Below are positions 6,198 through 12,451 of a stretch of DNA of 13,438 bases, piece by piece. The notes beneath the pieces were generated by a model. The model saw nothing but the letters and a program-made list of their open reading frames with translations, searched no databases and was not told where the DNA came from. Position 1 is the stretch's first letter, and each line of letters opens with the position of its first letter. This stretch comes from a virus (Duplodnaviria > Heunggongvirae > Uroviricota > Caudoviricetes), in IMG/VR virus record IMGVR_UViG_3300042321_000183; one strand, given 5' to 3'. The position numbers and the translations under genes were made by a program.

Positions 6198-7166
6198 TTA
6201 TCCTACTTGATTTACTGTTACAATTAGACCAGGGATAGCAGGAACATTTCCTGTAGCTGCAGCTGATTGGATAACTATTGCATCGTTTACATTACTATTT
6301 ATTTCCCATTTAAGCTGTACATATTCATTAGCCACTGTTGTCTTGAAAAAGAAATTCCAAGCTGCTACAACATACACAGAGTTAGAAGGAAATCCTAATT
6401 GAGAAGCACTAGTAGGTACATTTGTACCATTTTGTGATAGCCAAATGTGTGCATGCGTTGCAGTGTTACCAGCATTTTTTACCATCTGTGCACTAAATTG
6501 TATATTATATACACCAGGATTAGCTATTGTTATTTGATTACCAGAAACAAGTGAAACACCATTATTCCAAGAATCTGAATTAGTAAGACCCATTGTAAGA
6601 ACAGCTCCTGCAAGACCTGTTTGACTTGTAGTATCATAGAAAGATCCTAAATAACCACCAACAACCCCATTAACTCCACTAGTTCCTGCAGTTCCTGCAA
6701 TACCAGCTGTTCCAGCTGTACCACTTACTCCTGAAGTACCTGATTCACCTGATGTTCCTGAAGTACCATCTATACCAGAAGTACCAGTTTCGCCACTTGT
6801 TCCTGATGAACCATTATCACCTGAAGTTCCAGCTGTTCCATTTATTCCACTAGTACCATCTATACCAGAAGTTCCATCAATTCCTGAAGTACCACTTGTT
6901 CCACTAACTCCATTAGTACCACTGATACCATTGGTACCACTGATACCAGATGTACCAGAAAGACCTGAAGTTCCAGACGTACCTACAACACCACTAGTTC
7001 CTGATGTTCCTGATAAACCAGCAGCACCACTTGTACCAGAGGTACCAGTGCCACCACCACCACCTGCGTTATATGCAACACCATTTATAGCTTCTAATTG
7101 CTTAGAAATTTGCCATAAAAGGTTTTCTTCTGTTCCCCATCCTATCTGTCTGCTTGGTATAGCCAT
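6198..7166 (-). CDS. Collagen-like (Gly-X-Y) fibre protein with C-terminal beta-sandwich head (C1q/TNF/BclA-CTD-like)
   Basis: N-terminal [10 protein letters not shown]...[10 protein letters not shown]; 43 uninterrupted G-X-Y triplets; C-terminal GSFYDT...[10 protein letters not shown]...IWLSQNG...WNFF...YVQL...VTVNQV beta-rich domain. Confidence 0.85.
   Translation of the reverse strand: MAIPSRQIGWGTEENLLWQISKQLEAINGVAYNAGGGGGTGTSGTSGAAGLSGTSGTSGVVGTSGTSGLSGTSGISGTNGISGTNGVSGTSGTSGIDGTSGIDGTSGINGTAGTSGDNGSSGTSGETGTSGIDGTSGTSGESGTSGVSGTAGTAGIAGTAGTSGVNGVVGGYLGSFYDTTSQTGLAGAVLTMGLTNSDSWNNGVSLVSGNQITIANPGVYNIQFSAQMVKNAGNTATHAHIWLSQNGTNVPTSASQLGFPSNSVYVVAAWNFFFKTTVANEYVQLKWEINSNVNDAIVIQSAAATGNVPAIPGLIVTVNQVG
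6660..7046 (-). repeat. Gly-X-Y repeat, 43 triplets, 18 of them GTS, no Pro
   Basis: Direct translation of aa 41-169. Confidence 0.9.
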
Positions 7167-7185
7167 GATTGAAAAAATTAATGCC

Positions 7186-7215
7186 CAAAGGTATGTTACT
7201 TTTTACTATTAACAA
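7186..7215 (-). promoter_or_regulatory. Bacteroidota-type promoter for the fibre/glycosylation operon
   Basis: Minus strand reads TTG (7215-7213), 19 nt, TACCTTTG (7193-7186), 19 nt upstream of ATG 7166. Confidence 0.7.
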
Positions 7216-7274
7216 TGACTGTCAATAATTTACAATAACAATTTTAGTTATAAGTGTTTTAACTTTTTTAGTTA

Positions 7275-7403
7275 TTATCTGCCCTGTCTGTTGTAAGGCT
7301 TAGTTGCTTTGTCCTTAGGACCTTTGAACTTAGTAGCCTTTCCTCCTTTGCGTTTTCCAAAGGTAATTTTCTTAGCATTTGATGCTCCTTTTGCTTTTGC
7401 CAT
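7275..7403 (-). CDS. 42-aa highly basic peptide ending YNRQGR (not in ORF track)
   Basis: MAKAKGASNAKKITFGKRKGGKATKFKGPKDKATKPYNRQGR*; leader TAAATAACCAAC-ATG; the C-terminus resembles small phage proteins ending Y-x-G-Q-G-[RK]. Confidence 0.8.
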   Translation of the reverse strand: MAKAKGASNAKKITFGKRKGGKATKFKGPKDKATKPYNRQGR

Positions 7404-7408
7404 GTTGG

Positions 7409-7825
7409 TTATTTATGTAATGATGAAATTGTACCAAATTGTATAAGAACAATTAATATTAATAGTCCTTTAGATATTTCATGTAACCTATCTCTACCAC
7501 GTTGATCTTTCTCTTGACTCAAGAATATCTCCCTGTTTGCTTCATACTTCCATTTGTATTGCATAGCTTCATACATTAGTCTTCCAAGACTATCATATTT
7601 TCTTTGCAAGGAGTCAATCTTTACTCTATTTAATTGAGTATCAACCTTTAAGAGATCTATCTGAGCTCTGTAGTTTTTATACAAAGTATTGATTTGATCT
7701 CCCTGTTCTACAGTCATAATGACTACAGAATCTTTACCTATTCTTCTTGTCTTTGGGTATTGGCAATAAGATGAAACTGATACCAGTGTCAATGCTAACA
7801 CTATCAAGAGCTGCTTTAGCTTCAT
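7409..7825 (-). CDS. Secreted coiled-coil protein with C-terminal TM anchor (spanin-like, type I topology)
   Basis: Sec signal MKLKQLLIVLALTLVSVSSYC|Q (Gln at +1, typical of Bacteroidota); heptad-like middle; C-terminal GLLILIVLIQFGTI. Confidence 0.7.
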   Translation of the reverse strand: MKLKQLLIVLALTLVSVSSYCQYPKTRRIGKDSVVIMTVEQGDQINTLYKNYRAQIDLLKVDTQLNRVKIDSLQRKYDSLGRLMYEAMQYKWKYEANREIFLSQEKDQRGRDRLHEISKGLLILIVLIQFGTISSLHK

Positions 7826-8075
7826 TTAATTCTGTTTTGAGAGTGGTAACCTCTTCTTTGAGGTTGGTTATATTTTGAACTGTTTCTTTTACAATCTTCT
7901 TTTGTGTCTCACTAGCCTTGGCTTGAACCTGTAGGCTTATTTTAGTATTTGTTTCAACTTCGTTAAGAAGTTGTTCAAACTTCCTGTCTTCTTCAACAGA
8001 GCTATCAATTTTTTGAGCAGTTGTATTTTGGCACCCATAGATGAATGGTATTAATATGATTAATAAGTATTTCAT
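7734..8075 (-). CDS. Coiled-coil lipoprotein (o-spanin-like)
   Basis: MKYLLIILIPFIYG|C lipobox-like signal; heptad region ITNLKEEVTTLKTELNEAKAAL; located in the lysis module. Confidence 0.65.
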   Translation of the reverse strand: MKYLLIILIPFIYGCQNTTAQKIDSSVEEDRKFEQLLNEVETNTKISLQVQAKASETQKKIVKETVQNITNLKEEVTTLKTELNEAKAALDSVSIDTGISFILLPIPKDKKNR

Positions 8076-8377
8076 TAGTTAAGCTTTTTAATTGCTCCTA
8101 ATTGTTGTAATGTCTGTAACTGAGTACTAGTTACAGCTTTGGCTGAATCACTCACTCTAAGTGCTTCCTGCACTCTATCCAATCTAGTTTCCACCTTATC
8201 AATACGTACATTCTGAGAAGTTGCCTGCTCTTTGAATGTTGTACGAACGTCTATGTACAGGTATGAAATAGCAATGAGCACCAAGAAAAGGGTGCCCACT
8301 ATTGGGTTTTTAGCAAACTCCTTAAACGATATAGGTAAAGGGTTTGCTGAAATGTTTGTTTCTTTTTTTGCTGCCAT
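8075..8377 (-). CDS. Single-TM coiled-coil membrane protein (i-spanin-like)
   Basis: TM IVGTLFLVLIAISYLYI then IDKVETRLDRVQEAL; TAATG-coupled on both sides. Confidence 0.65.
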   Translation of the reverse strand: MAAKKETNISANPLPISFKEFAKNPIVGTLFLVLIAISYLYIDVRTTFKEQATSQNVRIDKVETRLDRVQEALRVSDSAKAVTSTQLQTLQQLGAIKKLN

Positions 8378-8523
8378 TATTTATAGTTTTTTAAAACTTG
8401 TTGAGCATTAAGTGCTGTCCATACATTGTACAATACCTCACTGTTATGTTTTAATAGTTCTGCTTTTTTAACTCCAGAGCGTCTGCTACGCATTGCTTTA
8501 GGTTTTTTCTTAGCGTTAGCCAT
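8377..8523 (-). CDS. 48-aa basic hypothetical protein (not in ORF track)
   Basis: MANAKKKPKAMRSRRSGVKKAELLKHNSEVLYNVWTALNAQQVLKNYK*; TAATG overlaps at both ends, so it exactly fills the gap. Confidence 0.75.
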   Translation of the reverse strand: MANAKKKPKAMRSRRSGVKKAELLKHNSEVLYNVWTALNAQQVLKNYK

Positions 8524-9128
8524 TATATACTACCATTTAAAAGGTTGTTGTATTCATTAAAATGTTTGATACGATCAGCAAGACCAATTGTACCACCATT
8601 AACACGCTTAGTCACCTTGGTTACCACAGCATCTGTAGCTCCCTCATCAGCAATCTTATGTAATCCATTCTTATGGAAGAACCAAGCAGCAGATAAAAGT
8701 GGGTACTTTGTAGCTACAAGTTCTGGGTTAGCTAAGATGTCATCCTCTACCACTTTATCAAAAGCAGTGTAGTTATCCTTTCCTGTTAACTGGATGTAAC
8801 CACGTCCTCTAAACTTAAATCCTTCTCCACTTGCTTGAGGTCCATTACCCATACGATTAGCATAGACAATGTTAGCAATCTTTTCAGGTTTGCGTTCAAA
8901 CTCCTTAGCACTCTCAGCAGTAAAGTATTTCTTAAATATGCTCTGTAAACCAGCAGCACCATAGTTTAAGTTTTCTGTAACAGCTTTGAATCCACCTGAC
9001 TCATGTCCTGTTTGTGCTAGGAAATGAGCTAAACGTAAAGGTGTATTGATCTCAAACTTCTCCTGCACAGCAGGAATCTGAGCAATCACTCCATCAGGAA
9101 TGTGTCCTTTTAATTTATCTAAGTTCAT
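8523..9128 (-). CDS. Glycoside hydrolase family 19 endolysin
   Basis: LAHFLAQTGHESGGF, ENLNY, FRGRGYIQLTGKDNY and TKRVNGGTIGLADR GH19 motifs. Confidence 0.93.
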   Translation of the reverse strand: MNLDKLKGHIPDGVIAQIPAVQEKFEINTPLRLAHFLAQTGHESGGFKAVTENLNYGAAGLQSIFKKYFTAESAKEFERKPEKIANIVYANRMGNGPQASGEGFKFRGRGYIQLTGKDNYTAFDKVVEDDILANPELVATKYPLLSAAWFFHKNGLHKIADEGATDAVVTKVTKRVNGGTIGLADRIKHFNEYNNLLNGSI

Positions 9129-9130
9129 AA

Positions 9131-9733
9131 TTATTTAATTTTCCAATAAGATTGAACACCATATATAATTTGACTATTGCCATTTATACCAAGGTTTAAT
9201 CCAAAAACTTTATCTTTTTTAGATTTGTATAAGAATCCTCCCTGTAACAATTCTACACCATTTTTGTTACCTGCAATCCCACCACCCATAAACAGAGCCC
9301 CCTTAGCAGGAGCATATTTAGTAATGGTGTTTGTCACAGTAACTGTAGGAATCTTGTAGTTGTATTTGTAAGATCTACTATGTATCTCATTCTTATACAC
9401 TGTATCAGCTACAGCTACATAGCCCAAAGTATCTAGTTTCACTGTGTCAGCATAGATATTCTTTGCTAAATAGGAAACAACTAATGCATCATATTGTGCT
9501 TTAAGTTTAGGGTAGTTTGTGTCTGCTATGTATTCAGGAGGAAGAGTGTCATGAATCACCTCTTTGATCTTTAACTTCTTGATAATCAATGAGTCATGTA
9601 TCTGCCAAGTTGTATCATGTAATGTTACAGTGTCAGCTTTTATTTGAGGAGCGTTACATCCACTCTTTTCAAAAGACAAAATCATCAATAGTATAACTAT
9701 GATAGCACCTAGTATTTTATTCATCAGATTCAT
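9131..9733 (-). CDS. Lysis-module envelope protein: N-terminal signal/TM, Asp-Thr-rich stalk, C-terminal amphipathic beta-strands
   Basis: Hydrophobic ILGAIIVILLMILSF; repeated D-[ST]-hydrophobic; four beta-strand-like segments ending YGVQSYWKIK; alternative start at 9724. Confidence 0.65.
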   Translation of the reverse strand: MNLMNKILGAIIVILLMILSFEKSGCNAPQIKADTVTLHDTTWQIHDSLIIKKLKIKEVIHDTLPPEYIADTNYPKLKAQYDALVVSYLAKNIYADTVKLDTLGYVAVADTVYKNEIHSRSYKYNYKIPTVTVTNTITKYAPAKGALFMGGGIAGNKNGVELLQGGFLYKSKKDKVFGLNLGINGNSQIIYGVQSYWKIK

Positions 9734-9968
9734 TTTGGTTTTTTTTGTTTATCCACTTATCAACAGATGCTATACCAAAGCAAGCTATTGTTAATATTTT
9801 GAATGAGTCAAATATAAACTCATTAACTAACAATGGTTGGTTCATAGCCCCTGTAACAATGTCTGCTACAGCAAATATAATCATCATAATAAAAGCTGCA
9901 AATCCAATTACAGCCTTCTCATTAATAGAATTGTTATCATCAAATAGATCAGAGAAGAACTTTTTCAT
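9717..9968 (-). CDS. Putative holin (two TM segments)
   Basis: 83 aa; AVIGFAAFIMMIIFAVADIV and FKILTIACFGIASV; charged C-terminus; two genes upstream of the endolysin. Confidence 0.65.
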   Translation of the reverse strand: MKKFFSDLFDDNNSINEKAVIGFAAFIMMIIFAVADIVTGAMNQPLLVNEFIFDSFKILTIACFGIASVDKWINKKNQNESDE

Positions 9969-10269
9969 TTTTTATAATTAATTTATTGTTAGGAAGCATA
10001 GCCATCTCTCTAAATACTCTTGTTTCTATAGGAATACTAGTAGGAAAAGAAGTAGCTGTTTTATAAACTACTCTTTCCAAGTTGTCTATACGTGTCTTGT
10101 CTACATTAGATTGAGCCATTAGGGCTTTGACATCTGACTTTACCTCAGCTAAGTCATCTTTGATGTCTTTTAACGTCATACCAGCAAATATCCCAATGAT
10201 TGTAACAATACCAGGAAATAGCCAGTTTTTAATTTCTGCAATAACAGAACTCTGTTGTTTTGTCGTCAT
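9949..10269 (-). CDS. Single-TM coiled-coil membrane protein, first gene of the lysis operon
   Basis: WLFPGIVTIIGIFAGM then LKDIKDDLAEVKSDVKAL heptads. Confidence 0.65.
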   Translation of the reverse strand: MTTKQQSSVIAEIKNWLFPGIVTIIGIFAGMTLKDIKDDLAEVKSDVKALMAQSNVDKTRIDNLERVVYKTATSFPTSIPIETRVFREMAMLPNNKLIIKNEKVLL

Positions 10270-10361
10270 TATAGTAAGTTGTAGAAATAAAAATACACCC
10301 AGGACATGAGTGTATAATATGGTCAGAAAGACCTATTTAAGTTAAGCTATCTAATTCCTGG

Positions 10362-10393
10362 CAAAACTAAGTAAAAAAGTTGAAACTACCAAA
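10362..10393 (-). promoter_or_regulatory. Bacteroidota-type promoter for the lysis operon
   Basis: Minus strand reads TTTG (10393-10390), 20 nt, TAGTTTTG (10369-10362). Confidence 0.7.
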
Positions 10394-10400
10394 TATTTTT

Positions 10401-10769
10401 TTAGTAGGGCTGGTAGGATTTCTCCTCTACAAAGTCAGACCCATACTTAATATTAATTTCTTTTTTAATATGTGCTCTTTTATCATTCAACTTGTAGACA
10501 GATCTAGCTAAATCAATAAACTCTTCTCCAAAACTATTAGCTCTTTCAAAGTCTCTTATAAGATCTTCCACTTTCCAAAGAGCTTTATTAACTTCAAGCA
10601 ACATGTCTGTCAAAGGATCATGTAATATCTCAGGATGTACAGCATCATTTAGATAAGTTTTCTCTTTGAAAACATTAACTAGTTTGTCTTTGTCTGTAAT
10701 GTTCAGAGCTTTGATAGAAAGTATAGTCCATTTGTCTACAACTTCCCCCACAGAAACTTCAATTTTCAT
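10401..10769 (-). CDS. DUF6165-like protein (122 aa)
   Basis: Start reassigned to MKIEVSVGEVVDKWTILSIK...LWKVED.IR.FE...F...F..LARSVY..ND.RA.IKKEIN...GS..VEEKSY; this start removes the overlap with the GT9 gene. Confidence 0.75.
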   Translation of the reverse strand: MKIEVSVGEVVDKWTILSIKALNITDKDKLVNVFKEKTYLNDAVHPEILHDPLTDMLLEVNKALWKVEDLIRDFERANSFGEEFIDLARSVYKLNDKRAHIKKEINIKYGSDFVEEKSYQPY

Positions 10770-10793
10770 AGTAAAAATGTTTTTTATTTCCAA

Positions 10794-10824
10794 CAAATAT
10801 AGTAACTTTGTTTTAAATAACCAA
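10794..10824. promoter_or_regulatory. Back-to-back divergent Bacteroidota promoters
   Basis: CAAATATA-G-TAACTTTG (10794-10810) gives TAnnTTTG on both strands; the minus-strand copy has TTG 20 nt upstream (10824-10822); lies in the 58-bp gap between divergent starts. Confidence 0.75.
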
Positions 10825-10827
10825 CAG

Positions 10828-11754
10828 ATGAAACCAGTTTGTTTAAATCTAGAAGAATGTAATGGATTGGGTGATCTTATCTGTGCCACCCCCACTATTA
10901 AAAAGCTTCATGATGCGTATCAAAGAAAGATTATAGTCATCTCTCAGATGCCTGAGTTGTTTAAGATGAACCCTTATGTAGAAAAGAGCTACAAAGCTAG
11001 CTCTATAGACATGACGTACATACAAAGTAATTACATTATACATAATTCATTCTATCTAGTGGGTAAGAAAGATGAGCGTGGTATAGAGATGAAGCACAAC
11101 ATGATGGATATTAGGCAGTTCCATGCTATACATCTAGGATTTATGCTTGGAAAAGATGAATTAGAATGTTTCTATCAGCCTACAGAAGAACCTAATGTTT
11201 CTGTAGAGGGTAGATATGCTGTGATACATCCTGTTAATAGCTGGCCCAATAGAACTTGGTCACAAGAGAACTGGCTTAAACTAGTTGATGAATTAAATAA
11301 ATGGGGCTACAAAGTGGTGGCAGTTGGTAAGGATAGTTCTGAGACAGGATTCTTTAATGTAAACAAACCTGTACATAAGATGGACGATAACGTTATAAAC
11401 CTTATGAATAAGACATCCATCGCTCAAACTTGGCATCTCATTAACAATGCTAAGGTTGTTATCACCATGGACTCAGGTATTCTACATCTAGCAGGCACAA
11501 CCAAAACTGACATTGTTGAGTTAGGATCTCCTATCAATCCAGAGTTTCGTACACCACATAGACAAGAAGGCAAGCACATATATGTAAGAGGAGGTTGTGG
11601 ATTACATTGTAATTCTAATATGAAATATGCTCTTGAGTATTGGCCAACAATAGATTATGTACAACCATTAATAGGATGCTTAGAGAAGAAAGAAACTTTT
11701 GAATGTCATCCATCTGTAGAACAAGTAATTCACGCAATCAATAATAATTTATAA
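10828..11754 (+). CDS. Glycosyltransferase family 9 (heptosyltransferase-like, GT-B)
   Basis: Start reassigned to ATG 10828 (308 aa); GLGDLICATPTIKKL, IHP..SWPNRTW..ENW, INNAKVVITMDSGILHLAG; Cys-rich C-terminus. Confidence 0.85.
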   Translation: MKPVCLNLEECNGLGDLICATPTIKKLHDAYQRKIIVISQMPELFKMNPYVEKSYKASSIDMTYIQSNYIIHNSFYLVGKKDERGIEMKHNMMDIRQFHAIHLGFMLGKDELECFYQPTEEPNVSVEGRYAVIHPVNSWPNRTWSQENWLKLVDELNKWGYKVVAVGKDSSETGFFNVNKPVHKMDDNVINLMNKTSIAQTWHLINNAKVVITMDSGILHLAGTTKTDIVELGSPINPEFRTPHRQEGKHIYVRGGCGLHCNSNMKYALEYWPTIDYVQPLIGCLEKKETFECHPSVEQVIHAINNNL

Positions 11755-11755
11755 T

Positions 11756-12451
11756 ATGTCAGAACAACAAAACCAAGGAGGAGTAATAGTACCAATCTTC
11801 CCTATCCCTGTTTTATTAAATAACATCAATAGAGACTTTACTAATGAAGAAATAGAATGTGCATATGAGTATGAAAGTGATGTATTTAGAAATTCATCAA
11901 ACTCTACAACACACAATTTGTATGTTTTAAACAATCCTAAACTTAGTAATGTAAAACTATTCATTGAGTCCATTCTTAATGATTACTTGATAAACGTGTA
12001 TAATCCTATAAATCCAGAAGGACTTAAATTATCTATAACTCAGTCTTGGTTTAATTACACAAAGAAAGAACAATCACATCATCAGCACCATCATCCAAAC
12101 AGTATAATTAGTGGATGTTTATATTTCAATGCAGATAAGAATACAGATAAGATAATGTTTGGAAGAGCATTGCCTAATAATTTACAAATACAGGCAAAAG
12201 AACAAAACATGTATACTTGTGTTGAAGCTTATTTCCCTGTAAATAAAGGAGATATTGTTCTATTCCCATCTACTACAGAACATAGTGTTCCAACAACAAG
12301 TGATGATAAAACTAGAATAAGCCTTGCATTTAATACTTTTTTTTCAGGCAAGATAGGGTATCTTAGTGGTCCATTACAAGGTTTTAACTTTTTAAATATT
12401 ACAGTAGAAGATCAGACAATTGATAATCCATACAAAAAGAGATTTACATAA
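11756..12451 (+). CDS. Putative 2OG-Fe(II) oxygenase (TIGR02466-like)
   Basis: SWFNY...HHQHHHPNSIISGCLY...GDIVLFPS..EHSV...RISLAFN. Confidence 0.85.
   Translation: MSEQQNQGGVIVPIFPIPVLLNNINRDFTNEEIECAYEYESDVFRNSSNSTTHNLYVLNNPKLSNVKLFIESILNDYLINVYNPINPEGLKLSITQSWFNYTKKEQSHHQHHHPNSIISGCLYFNADKNTDKIMFGRALPNNLQIQAKEQNMYTCVEAYFPVNKGDIVLFPSTTEHSVPTTSDDKTRISLAFNTFFSGKIGYLSGPLQGFNFLNITVEDQTIDNPYKKRFT

Noticed and set aside
4514-7046. Tandem repeats considered as a CRISPR array or diversity-generating element
   Set aside because: In-frame low-complexity codon repeats with no repeat-spacer structure, no cas genes and no reverse transcriptase
4430-7212. Plus-strand ORFs 4430-4672, 4527-4712, 5174-5383 and 6931-7212 (poly-Val, poly-Ser/Cys, VP-repeat translations)
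   Set aside because: Mirror images of the Thr and Gly-Thr-Ser codon repeats or of the GT gene; no independent evidence
7260-7274. TAACT-TTTTT-AGTTA hairpin after the lysis operon
   Set aside because: Five-bp AT-rich stem, too weak to call a terminator
8545-10309. Plus-strand ORFs 8545-8772, 9177-9359, 9745-9981 and 10127-10309
   Set aside because: Antisense to lysis genes, with no recognisable motifs
10666-10895. Long starts in the ORF track (10666 for GT9, 10895 for DUF6165-like) implying a 230-nt head-to-head overlap
   Set aside because: Family motifs begin at 10828 and 10769, and the gap between them contains divergent promoters
11756-12451. Oxygenase as a prolyl hydroxylase producing Hyp acceptors for an HPAT-type enzyme
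   Set aside because: Motifs fit the TIGR02466-like family rather than prolyl 4-hydroxylases, and the candidate substrates are Pro-poor and Ser/Thr-rich; no support from the sequence
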